This document shows, piece by piece, positions 1 to 10,891 of a stretch of 64,000 bases of DNA; position 1 is the stretch's first letter, and each line of letters begins with the position of its first letter. The translations under genes were made by a program, and so were the position numbers. The stretch is from Stegostoma tigrinum. Taxonomy: Eukaryota. The stretch lies in NCBI RefSeq assembly GCF_030684315.1, contig NC_081386.1:14145914-14209913 (forward strand). Reading direction: 5' to 3'. The notes beneath the pieces were generated by a model. That model did no database searches. It was given only the letters and a program-made list of their open reading frames with translations, and was not told the DNA's origin.

Positions 1-1430
1 AGTTAATGGAGTTAGGGAAAGAATATTATGACCCAAGCCTCCTCTCATTCTGAGATGGTACTGGTTTTACTGAGCAATTTAAGATCCAGGGGAATGCATG
101 TCAGGGCTTTTGACTAGGTTCAGATAACTGGCAGAGGCATATAACTTTGGTTTAACCCTTAATGAGATGCTGAGAGACCATATCAGTTGCAGAGTATTCT
201 GATGGAAGTGGACACCCTTGTTAGTTCAAGTGGGCTTGGGGAACACCACCTGAGTGAAGGCAATTGCATCGTCTCACCCAGGACATATCCTGAAGAGAGG
301 GACTTGAGGTCAGCCCAAAGCAAAAGCCTAAAACAAAGCCAAGCCTCAAATGAACTGTTAAAATTTTCTTCAGGATCCAGGCCAGCAAGCACTTGTAGTT
401 GATGCTGGCACGCAGACTCCAGCTAGCAAAAGAGTCCCACTAGACCGAAATTGAGTAAGAGAACTCAGGTCGCTATTCAGGAGAGTGCACACTCTGGAAA
501 GTCCACCTTTGTTTCAGAATAGTTACACTACATAGAAATCCAAATCAAAACCAATTAGAATGGTCACCCAGTTCTAATGGAGATTGATAGCGGTGTAGCC
601 ATTTGAGATTGCAGAACGGGTTTTTAACAGAATTTGCTCTGGACACCAACCCTAAGGTTTGGGGTGGCACAGTGGTTAGCGCTGCTGCCTCACTGTGCCA
701 GGGACCCAGATTCAAATCCTACGTCTGGCAACTGTCTGTGTGGAGTTAACATGTTTTCCCTGTGTCCGTGTGAGTTTTTGCCAGATGCTACTGTTTTGTT
801 CCACAGTCCAAAGGTATTCAAGTTAAGTGGATTGACCATGCTAAATTGTCTGTAGTGTTCAGGGATGTGTAGGTTGGGTGCATTAGCCAGGGGGAATGCA
901 GGGTTACAAGGATAGGGTAGGGTGATGGGTTTGAGTGGGACATTCTTCAAAGGTTTGGTGTAGAGTTGTTGGGCCCAATGGCCTATTTCCACACTCTGGG
1001 AATTCTATGAAATTCTAAGACCTCAACTAGACTGTGAACCTAAACCAGGGAGCCTTTACCGATTTAAGGATACAACTTTGTTTCCAGTCTCTAATGAGAA
1101 GGAGCTGGTTCAGTTATCACTGATTGCAGTAAAAAGCTAGGGCCCAAGCTTGATGGGGCATTTGTTCAAGAAAGATTCACAAGATTGGCTCAACATTTGC
1201 CGATTAGAAAATGGTTGCCTGAGTGAAGTCCTTATTCAATATCCGCAAGTTTTCAGGGAAGTCCAGTGACCATCAAAGGAGCTAAGGCCACCTTGCACGT
1301 TGGCCTACAGGCAATTTCACAATTTTGTAAGAACTGCCCAGTACCATTTCCTTATGGGCAGAATTAGAGTGAGAAATCAGAAGGCTGGAAGGCAAAGGAA
1401 ACAGCAAACCAGAACAAGAGTTTTGCTAAT
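1..1430 (+). mobile_element. Decayed Ty3/Gypsy LTR retrotransposon gag-protease-early pol fragment, interrupted by a SINE
   Basis: Broken frames give gag-like 'RLAEAYNFGLTLNEMLRD' near 120-180, aspartic-protease motif 'NGHPVLMEIDSGVA' at about 559-600, and post-protease 'EVLIQYPQVFRE' and 'TIKGAKATLHV' near 1225-1300; many stops and frameshifts. Confidence 0.7.
661..1015 (+). mobile_element. HE1-type tRNA-derived SINE (elasmobranch V-SINE)
   Basis: Head GGGGTGGCACAGTGGTTAGCGCTGCTGCCTCAC with B-box-like GATTCAAATCC; core TGGATTGACCATGCTAAATTG; tail shared with the other copies in this window. Confidence 0.85.
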
Positions 1431-1584
1431 GGGGAGAACACTCCACGCCAGTTTAAATATAATCTTCCCAGATCTTGGTAGGGTGAAACGGCACCAGGAA
1501 TGCCGATGCCAGACACAAGACTCTGCTAAGCCAGAGACACAGTTGTCGTATGTAATGTAGAGGTGGGATTTACAATGTGGGATG

Positions 1585-1815
1585 AAGTGATTGTAATGAG
1601 GTCAGCCAAGTGGACTTCATGGAATGAGTTCCTCGATTTGGGGCTGTTAATTTGGTCTAATTGGGAAGCCTGGCTGAGAGATAAGAACAGGACTGTCTGA
1701 TATTAGAAGAAGAATCCTGTTCCCTCTGAGGGAGCTGGATCGTTGTCAAGGACTATCCACGTCTGCATAATGGGTGGCTTGGTGACAGGATATCAGTCTT
1801 GGTGGAATTATTGTA
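1585..1815 (+). mobile_element. Probable 3' LTR of the upstream Gypsy element
   Basis: Purine-rich tract (agaggtggga) then TGTAATGAGGTCAGCC..., directly downstream of the gag-pol remnant; boundaries approximate. Confidence 0.45.
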
Positions 1816-2061
1816 TACTCCATGCCTGGTCCTGTGAGGATCATGTACAAATTTAATATAACTTCCATAACTTCACTATTTTAAAAATTCTATCGCCTTG
1901 GAATACTAGTACTTTGCTGACCTGCAATGCTGTTTTTAATGATGTGCTCACCTGTATTATGCTGTACTGTTCTAAGTATCCCTCAATAGTTTTTCTACTC
2001 CTTTTGGATCTTTATTTTCTAAACTGAATCATCTCCCATTAATCCATCTTAAAGTTAATTT

Positions 2062-2152
2062 AATAAAATGTGAGGCTGGATGAACACAGCAGGCCAAGCA
2101 GCATCTCAGGAGCACAAAAGCTGACGTTTCGGGCCTAGACCCTTCATCAGAG
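2062..2152 (-). mobile_element. Short Penelope-like terminal fragment with intact minimal hammerhead motif (2123-2150)
   Basis: Reverse complement reads CTGATGAAGGGTCTAGGCCCGAAACGTC; flanked by 9-bp duplication AGTTAATTT (2053-2061 and 2153-2161). Confidence 0.85.
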
Positions 2153-2731
2153 AGTTAATTTGCTACTTTGTTGCAAATTTACATTTCCTCAAGTGGTATG
2201 CATCACATTGTATGCTTCATCAGAAATCAGTATAGCCCTCAGTTTGGTACCATCTGCAAACAGTTTGGTAAGAGTTATTCGTTCCTAAGTCCAAAACTGG
2301 AATGTAAATAATGACGAACAGGGGGAGAGGTCAGCTGCTTAGGCAGCGTCAGTGGGGAAGAGAGACAAAAGCTTAGCTTTCAAGTCTATAAGGACAAAAA
2401 GGTTCTTGCCACAGTTTGAAATTTAGCATACTTGTATGTGTTGCCTAATTAGTATGCGATGGAAAAGCTCCCTCAGCGCGTCACTTTTCACAAATATTCA
2501 AACTCTGGCGTACAAGTTTGATAATGTGAGTTTCCAATCATCACGTATCCTAAAGTAAACTGAAAACGACAAATGCATGAAAAGTTTTGGAGTAATTGCA
2601 CGGAAGATCTGGTTTCCCTGGGAGGTGCTGCCTTGGTATTTCCTACAAATCCGAGCTGGTTATTTCACAAAAAAAACAAAAGGCTGTTCACTGACAGGTA
2701 ACACACAACGCACAGTTAAATAACTAAATAC

Positions 2732-3050
2732 CTCCTGGAGCTCGGGGGAAGCGCAGTGATGACAGGGACACGGCGGCCTTAGCAGGATGGACACTACAAA
2801 CCAGCCAGGGCCTGGGCTCTAGGCTTGGCTCCCCTCGAGACATCTCACGTCAGGAAGGCACCCGCCGCCATTAGCCCCTTCCCCAGGCTCCGATCTCCGG
2901 CTCCAGGACCACAACAAACCCACACTCCATTGGTCCTTCCCCCACTGCCAATCACCAAACTAGGTCCTACATCGGCACCAAGCTGCCCCCCTATTGGTGC
3001 CGGCTCGCGGGGCACACTGGGACTTGTAGTCCAGCCCGATGCCCCGGCTC
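2732..3050 (-). promoter_or_regulatory. GC-rich housekeeping-type promoter and probable non-coding first exon of a minus-strand gene extending off the left edge
   Basis: ZNF143/THAP11-type motif ACTACAAGTCCCAGTGTGC (minus strand, about 3012-3030); CCAAT boxes near 2928, 2948 and 2992; CRE-like TGACGTGA at 2845-2852; donor-like GAG|GTATTT at 2732/2731. Confidence 0.6.
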
Positions 3051-3960
3051 AGAGGTAACAAGGTGTCGAGCTAGCAGCGGGAAAGCTGACATTTCGGGTC
3101 TAGACCCTCTGCTCAGACACGCGCATTCCTCTCCCAATGATCCACTTCACTTACCCTCCTCTTCCGACCCCAAAGAGCTCCAGCTCCTTCTTCACTGAAA
3201 GCAAAATACTGCAAGGGGCTGGAAATCTGCAACAGTAGCTGGAATTTCCTGGACAAACTCAGCAGGTCTGGCAGCCTCTGTGGAGAGAGAAACAGAGTTA
3301 ACACATCAAGTATTAACTCTCCTTTCTCTGCAAAGATGCTGCCGGACTTGCTGAGTTTCTCCAGCAACTTCTGTCTTTGTTACACACATGTTTTCCCCCC
3401 CCCCCCATGATCACTCACTCACTCACTCACTCTCCTACACCAACTCAAAGAGCTGTAGCCCCTCCTTCAGGGAAAACAAAATACTGCAGACGTTGGAAAC
3501 CTGAAATTAACACTGAAAATTGGATTCTCAGAGCCCTCTCCCCACCCCCCTCTCTCATGAAACGTCTAGGCCCGAAATGTCAGCTTTTGTGCTCCTGAGA
3601 TGCTGCTTGGCCTGCTGTGTTCATCCAGCTTCACACTTTGTTATCTTGGATTCTCCAGCATCTGCAGTTCCCATTATCTCTGATCACAATTTTAACCTCA
3701 TTGCGAAGCCTCTTCCAGGGATGCCTAAGCTGAAGAAGTTAACCTCCTCCCTCAGGACCAACCTCAGGGAATCTCCCTCTCCTCTATCCATCTTCGGTCC
3801 ACCTCCCCCTCTCTCCCTATTTATTTCAGAACCCTCTCCCCATCCCCCTCTCTGATGAAGGGTCTAGGCCCGAAACGTCAGCTTTTGTGCTTCTGAGATG
3901 CTGCTTGGCCTGCTGTGTTCATCCAGCTTCATGCTTTGTTATCTTGGATTCTCCAGCATT
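3050..3960 (+). mobile_element. Cluster of Penelope-like terminal repeats, including a tandem pair with hammerhead motifs (degenerate at about 3553-3582, intact at 3852-3879)
   Basis: Two direct copies of ...GAAA(C/T)GTCAGCTTTTGTGCT...GGATTCTCCAGCAT about 300 bp apart; older related termini at 3055-3375. Confidence 0.8.
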
Positions 3961-3984
3961 TTTGGTGTTGTGTGTTTCTTAGAA

Positions 3985-4520
3985 AAATAGAAGATAGGAG
4001 CAGGAGGAGGCCATTCAGCCCTTCGACCCTATCTGCCATTCATCATGATCATGGCTGATCATCTGACTCAATAGCCTCATCCTTAATAGCTTTCTCCCCA
4101 TAACTTTTCATCCCATTCACCCAAGTGCTATGTCTAGTCGCCTTTTGAATACATTCAATATTTTAGCATCTACTACTTCCCGTGGTAATGAATTCTACAG
4201 GTTTACCACTCTTTGGGTGAAGAAATGTCTCCTCATGTCCATCCTGAATGGTCTACCATGAATTGTTAGGCTGTGACCCTTGGTTCCGGGCACACCCACC
4301 ATCAGGAGCATCCTCCCTGAATCTACCCTGTTAGAATTTTATAAATTTCCCCTAATTCACCTGAATGCCAGCATAAAAAAAATACATCTTAGTCAATCTG
4401 TCTTCATATGTCAGTCCCACCATCCCTGGAATCAACCTGGTAAACCTTCACTGTACTCAATCGAGAGCAAGTGCATCCTTCCGCAGAAAAGGAGACCAAA
4501 GCTGCACACAATATTCTAGC
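3985..4520 (-). mobile_element. CR1-type LINE 3' fragment
   Basis: Reverse complement resembles the CR1 ORF2 C-terminus and 3' end (ttcttcacccaaagagtggt, gaatggcctcctcctgctcct), similar to the 21.7 kb copy. Confidence 0.75.
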
Positions 4521-5755
4521 TTCACCATTAAATATGAGACAGATTAATATCTGGACAGTTGGTCATCCTGCATGGTACTGAGGGAGTGTGCTGGACTTTT
4601 TAGGGTGCCATATTTGAGATGAACAGTGAAATGGAGATCCAGTTTGTCTTCTCCAGTGGATGCAAAATATCCCACAGCTTTTATTTTGAAGAAGATCAGG
4701 CTAGGTTTTACAGTTGCCAAATAACAAAGAATAAAAGGTCAATAGTAGAAAGGTCAACCTTTTGGTGAATTAGTAGTAACCCTACATCTGACCAGAAGGC
4801 CCGGGTTCAAGTCTGCCCTGTTCCAGAGTTTGTGCCATTGAACAGGTAGTTTAAAGATAGCGAAAAGGGTGAAAGATTCCTATCTAAACCTCAGATTATG
4901 TGATCATATTTTGTCAATTTGACAACATTGCTACTAATCATCAGAAGCCTAACATATTATTTTAAGAATGAAGGTCCAATAGCAAAAATACTTTCATGTC
5001 AATTGCAAGATATCTTGGAATTGGGACGTCTATAAACTGATGATAATTTCATTACAGGCTGGTGACAGAAATGTCACATTGACGATCAGCCGGGGGGAGA
5101 GGGGGTACAATGCCCCCTGGTGGCCTTACTGTAAAATACATTGTTTGGTGCATACATGGGCTCCCACAATCTGAATTACACCCACGTTGAATGAGCCTAT
5201 AGCTAGGAAAGTAAAAAGGGCACATGCACATCTAACTTCTATGTCTGGAGTAGGCAAAAAAAAGTGTCCTTCGTGCACAAATTGGCTGCTACATTTCCTT
5301 CTATTGCAACAGAAACTGTATTTTAGGAAGTGCTATGGTGTGTGCTTTATTTGTCAAAGGATCTATATCAATGCAAGTTTTTCATTTTTCTTTCTGCTTC
5401 TACACATGTTCTCATGACTCCAGATGGAAAGGCTACAAGTGGATGTCAGGACACGATACCTTCCCCAAGTTCACCGAATAAGCTTTCCCCGGAAATGCAC
5501 AAAAGCAGAAATTGCTGGAGAAATTCTGCAGATCTGGCAGCATCTGCGGAGAGAGAAGCAGACCGAGCACTTTGAGTGCGGTGACCCTTCTTCACAAGAT
5601 TTTCCAGCAGTTGCTCTCTCACGTCATATATAAGTCATAGTAATATACAAGCAGGAGTAATCCATTCAGCTCCCGGAGCCCACCATGCTATTTGATACAA
5701 TTATGGCTGATCTGATTGTGGCCTCGTCATTACTTTTCTACCTAACCCCATGATT

Positions 5756-5977
5756 GAGTTTGCACATTCTCCCTGTGTCTGCGTGGGTTTCTTCCAGGTG
5801 CTCCAGTTTCCTCCCACAGTCCAAAGATGTGCAGGCTGGGTGGATCGGCCATGCTAAATTGCCCGTAGTGTTTATGGGTGTGTGGGTTATATGAGTCTGG
5901 GTGTGATGCTCCAAGGGGCAGTGTGGACTTCTTGAGCCGAAGGGCCTGTTTCCACACTGTAGGGAATCTAATCTAAT
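5756..5977 (+). mobile_element. 5'-truncated HE1-type SINE
   Basis: Near-identical to the 3' two-thirds of the 9605-9926 copy; (AATCT)n tail. Confidence 0.85.
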
Positions 5978-7599
5978 ACATAGCAATGATCTGAAAAGGC
6001 AAAAGGCATTGTAATTAAATTTGTACACTCTAGATGCCTACAATGCATCCTTATGTTTACGGCAGGGCAAATATTCACAATGTTTCCCACCATATAGGTA
6101 TCCATTTAATGCTAGATAAAGTTGTCCGATGTTGATGATTTTCTTAGCTGTTATTTGGCCGTTTTTAAATATTATTTGATGGGATTTGCCAGGTCAGCAT
6201 TTTTGCCTATCCCGGCTCGCCCTTGGGAAAGAGGTGGTGAGCTATCATTTTGAACTGCTGTAGTCCATCTTGGGCAGATACACCTAAGAGCTTTCAGAAA
6301 CTCAATACTTTGTTTGGTAAAGGAAGGATGTTGCAGTTGGATGTCATTCTTGCTTTAATGGGTCATTTGTGATTCCCATCAGTGGATTTCACACTTATTA
6401 AACAAGATTTCCTTTTCAAAAGTCCGAATAAGTGAAACAAATTTTAGGCGTAATTCACATCAGGTAGAATACAACAAACTTTACTAAATCCAAACAAGAA
6501 AATTGCTATTGTGGTGGAATAAACTTTGCATTCAACCCCTCAACATCTCTCTCCAGTGCTATATATGGCATAATATGCATTATCGTTTTCGTAACTTGAC
6601 ATTATTAGTCCCTTAGTGCAGCAGCTAATAAACATTCACTAAATTCTGATTAATTTAGGAGTGCAGAAATAACACTAGTTTAGCACATTTTATTCAGATT
6701 TGAACTTTATGCATCAGCAATTCAAGAAGAACCTCATAATAATGATGTTTGCACACTTCAGAGAAGTTTATTTTCCTTGGCCAGCTCACTTCGTCTGGCC
6801 AAATACCATTTACTCAGGCCATTGCAAGGTAGTGAATTAAAATATCAGCTGGCGAACAGTTTCATATATTTGGCTCCAGTGAATGATCATTGAATATTAG
6901 CAAACAAGATAAAATTAATGAAACCAATTACTTTCCACTTCAAAAATATGTACAATAGGATGGCCTAGTTACTGCCAATGTTAAAAACATTAGTACACTC
7001 TGGGTACACGTTGCAAGGAGAGTGTTAGAGAGCAGGCCAGATCCTCACAAAATATTTTTAGAAGGTAGCCTACAACCTATTTTTTTTCTTATTTTAAAGG
7101 CAGATGTGAAGTGAGTGTTCTGAATATGATACAACTGGTCAAAACACTTGGTTTTAAGCAAAACAGAAATTATTTGAACACTACAGTTGAAACATGAACA
7201 AGAGAAAGTGGGATTGAGAATAACTTAACTATTGGAAAACTTAACTGACCCAATACAGCAAATGAACTAATGAACTGCTCCAGTATAGCAACATCCCATA
7301 AACACACCCCTTGGGAAAAAGGCAAATTCAAACAAAGACTCCTATAGGCAGGAGGGAACAACATCCAGAGAGAGATTTCAGAGAAAGTCAGAGGAATCCT
7401 TTACTGAAGCCAGCCAAACTTCTGGACTCCAACATTTTGTGACTGCTACAGCTAAAGCAAACTGGAAAAAAAAACTGAACTAGGAGATCTGGTCACTTCC
7501 CCTTCAATCGTTAAGCAGTTTGTCTCTAACCAAGTTTTTATGACTGCGAAGTCTCTTCAAACAATGCCCACTTTGAAGAAGTTCTCTGTCACCCTCAGA

Positions 7600-10075
7600 C
7601 CAGATTCATCTCTCCCATCGACCAAGCTCTAGGTCTTCTTCTCAATCATGGAATATTTCTGTTGATGAGTATTCAATTTCCTGGAGAAATAACTGATAGG
7701 TTTTTCTATCTTCTTGTCATCTTCTTGTAAGAGTACAGCATGGACACCCACATCACTTGCATCTATTGCCATCTTGAATGGCTTTGTGTAATTAGGTGTG
7801 GCTAACACTGAGCAGTGGTTAACACAGCTTTCAGGCTGTCAAACACCTTCTGACAGCCTAGCACCCACTGAAACGTTCTGCACTTCTTCAATCAGTCAGT
7901 CAATGGAGGAACCACTCTGCTAAAATTCGGTACGAGTTTCTGATAAAACCCACTTGATCCCAGGAATCGTAGTACTGCCCTCTGTCGATGGTATGGGAAA
8001 CTCCTCAATAACTTTTGTTTTCACATTCCTGGAGCCATCTGTCCAAGTCCAATAACATGACCCAGGAACGTGACTTAGGCTTTGGCAAGTTCACTGTTAG
8101 CCATATTTATCACCAAGCCTGCCTCCCGAAGTCGATTGAATAATTCCAATAAATGCTACAAATGTTCTTTCCATGTGTGACTAAAAATCAACAGGTCGCC
8201 GACGTATACCACACAATTGGGTAATCCAGAAATAACTCGATTTGTTAGTCTTTGAAATGTGGTTGGTGTATTTTTCATACCAAAAGGCTTGACTTTAAAT
8301 TGGTGTAGCCCATTTGGTGTTATGAAATACAAAATTGTCTTAACTCTTTTGGATAAAGGTATCTGCTACAATCCTCTGAGTAAGTCATACTTAGAAATAT
8401 TAAGTTGCCTGTCCCACTTTCTCAATACAATTTTCCAAATGTAGAATCAGAAATGAATTAGACTTTATAACTGCATTGACTTTGTGTTAGTCTACATATA
8501 ATTGTTTGGTACCATTTGGTTTTAACGCCATTACTGTGGGTGAACTCCAGTTGCCGCAACTCACTTCAATTATGTTGTCTTGGAGCATGCGTTCATTCTC
8601 TTTTTGAACCAACTTTAAAGGGTTATGTCCATAAGGATGTTGCTTAATTGGAACAGCATTTTCTAAATTTACATCATGTATAATTAGATTAGTACTTCGC
8701 AGCTTATTCCCACACATCTCCCCATGTGATAGTAATAACTCCTTCAAGTCATTTCAATTTTCTTCTGGAAAGTAACACAATAACTTATTGCAATTTTTGA
8801 GAACTTTCTCATTGTCCAATTTAATTTGAGGAATGTCCAATTCAGAATCCTCTGAACGTGGGTTCTTCACTCTGTTTTGTAATCAGTAACGCATTCTCCT
8901 TTTGCTTTCTTTCCCTATCAAAATATCTTTTGAGCTTATTCACGATACACTCTGTGAGACTTTTTTAAAAATCTTGTGTCGTTACCAAATAATTCACCTT
9001 ACTCAACCTTCTTCAATTTGACAAAGTCCACTAAACATTGCTTCTAAAGGTTCACCTATCACTGGAAATAACACTAACACTTTGTCTCCATTGACAAAAT
9101 TGCAAGTTTTTGATTTCTTGTCTGCTTCCTGTTTCATCATAAGCTGTGAGACTTTTAAATGCTCTGTAGCCAACTCCCCTGCTCTATTTAATTGTTCCCT
9201 AAAGTTTGACACATGCTCCAAATATGTCGGCTCTGAATTCCGACTCACTAATTTCTCTTTGATTGATTTCAGTGGTCCTCTCACCTCATGCCCAAAACCT
9301 AATTCAAATGAACTGAATTTTGTCAGTTCATTTAGTGCATCCCTAATGGTAAAAGTACAAACTAAATTCCTTTGTCCCAATTGTCTTGATAGTCTTGACT
9401 ATAAGCTCTTAACATGGTCTTTAAAGTTTGATGCTACCTTTCTAGCACTCCCTGCAATTCCGGATAGTGCATAGTGGATTTGAATTGTCTTATTCCTAAA
9501 TTTTCCATAACTTCCATGAATAATTTTGATGTAAAATTTGACCCTTTATCTGATTGTATCTTTATGGGTAGTCTGGATCAAGTGAAAAATTTGAGTACCT
9601 CTTTGGGGCAGCACAGTGGCCCAGTGGTTAGCACTGCAGCCTCACAGCACCAGGGACCCGGATTCGATTCCAGCCTCGGGTGACTGTCTGTGCAGAGTTT
9701 GCACATTCTCCCCGTGTCTGCATGGGCTTCATCCGGGTGCTCCGGTTTCCTCCCACAGTCCAAAGATGTGCAGGCTAGGTGGATTGGCCATGCTAAATTG
9801 CCCGTAGTGTTCAGGGGTGTGAGGGTTATAGGGGGATGGGTCTGGGTGGGATGCTCCGAAGGGCGGTGTGGACTTGTTGGGCCGAAGGGCCTGTTTCCAC
9901 AGTGTAGGAATCTAATCTAATCTAAAAACCGTTAGCTGTGATATTGCATAATGGAATGGCCTTTGAAAATCTAGTGGACTCATCCATTAATGTCAAGAAA
10001 TATTGATTCCCACTTTTTGTTTTAGGTAGGTGTCCTATACAATCAATTAAAACCCTTGTAAAATGTTCTTCCAGG
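7600..10075 (-). mobile_element. Decayed Gypsy-superfamily pol with integrase upstream of RT and RNase H (Gmr1-like order)
   Basis: Minus-strand order: integrase 'FTRVLIDCIGHLPKTKSGNQYFLTLMD' (about 10070-9935), 'IQSDKGSNFTS', 'GHEVRGPL'; then RT 'PIKQHPY...WSSPTV', 'PFGMKNTPTTFQRL', 'YVGDLLIFS' (about 8750-8000); then RNase H 'AIDASDVGVHAVLLQ...PISYFSRKLN' (about 7790-7620). Confidence 0.85.
9605..9926 (+). mobile_element. Full-length HE1-type SINE inserted in the Gypsy integrase
   Basis: A box TGGCCCAGTGG, B box GATTCGATTCC, V-SINE-like core and (AATCT)3 tail; the integrase frame resumes on both sides. Confidence 0.9.
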
Positions 10076-10323
10076 GGGAGGTGATGGCCTAGAGGTGGAA
10101 GCAGATCGAAGATGGATAGAGGAGAAGATAGGCAGAGAGGAGACAGACAAGTACGAGAAAGTTGCCTCTATCCATCTTCGATCAGCCTCCCCCTCTCTCC
10201 CTATTTATTTCAGAACCCCATTCCCCTCCCCCATTTCTGATGAAGGGTCTAGGCCTGAACTGTCAGCTTTTGTGCTCCTGAGATGCTGCTTGGCTGCTGT
10301 GTACAGCTCCACACCTTGTTATC
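10073..10323 (+). mobile_element. Penelope-like terminal fragment with a short inverted arm and degenerate hammerhead (10237-10264)
   Basis: CTGATGAAGGGTCTAGGCCTGAACTGTC; GAAGATGGATAGAGG and CCTCTATCCATCTTC form inverted arms. Confidence 0.75.
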
Positions 10324-10475
10324 CCCTTCCATTGTTAAGCTGTTTTAGCCCCTAGCTGCCTAGACACTTGGCACCTCTGCCTTTACAACCTCTCTTCAAA
10401 AAAAACCAAGCACAAGATAACCTTTTTAAAGTGATAGTATCATCACGAAATGTTTTGATAACATTTCAAAAATTT

Positions 10476-10505
10476 ATCGCTTCTTGACCTTTTGGCTAAG
10501 ATCAA
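10476..10505 (+). pseudogene. 3'-truncated U2 snRNA retro-fragment
   Basis: ATCGCTTCTTGACCTTTTGGCTAAGATCAA versus the U2 5' end ATCGCTTCTCGGCCTTTTGGCTAAGATCAA (28/30); similarity stops before the branch-site recognition sequence. Confidence 0.8.
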
Positions 10506-10653
10506 CAGTATTTGATATTTCTCCACTGCTTTCATTCTGTCTGGTTTCACAAAAACAAAGAAAACAACGGGTTACAGCTGCTAATGGCAAAAGATATAAA
10601 TTACATAAATTGCATTTGAAAGACTTGTGAAAATCAGATTCCAATTATGTTAA

Positions 10654-10891
10654 GAGATAATGGGAACTGCAGATGCTGGAGAATCCAAGATAACAAAGTG
10701 TGGAGCTGGACGAATACAGCAGGCCAAGCAGCATCTTAGGAGCACAAAAGCTGACGTTTCCGGCCTAGACCCTTCATCAGAAAAAAGATTTTGATTTTTT
10801 CTGATGAAGGGTCTAGGCCCGAAACGTCAGCTTTTGTGCTCCTAAGATGCTATTGGCCTGCTGTGTTCATCCAGCTCCACACTTTGTTATC
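10654..10891. mobile_element. Palindromic Penelope-like terminal insertion with two hammerhead motifs (10753-10780 minus, 10801-10828 plus)
   Basis: About 90-bp near-perfect inverted arms; 14-bp TSD TCCAATTATGTTAA (10640-10653 and 10892-10905). Confidence 0.9.

Noticed and set aside
690-992. Recurrent ORFs such as 'CGRKPEHLEETHADTGRMCKL' (also 5738, 9578, 42320)
   Set aside because: Antisense translations of the SINE, not a protein family
9605-9680. tRNA-like sequence with A and B boxes
   Set aside because: It is the head of an HE1-type SINE and continues into SINE body and tail; not a tRNA gene
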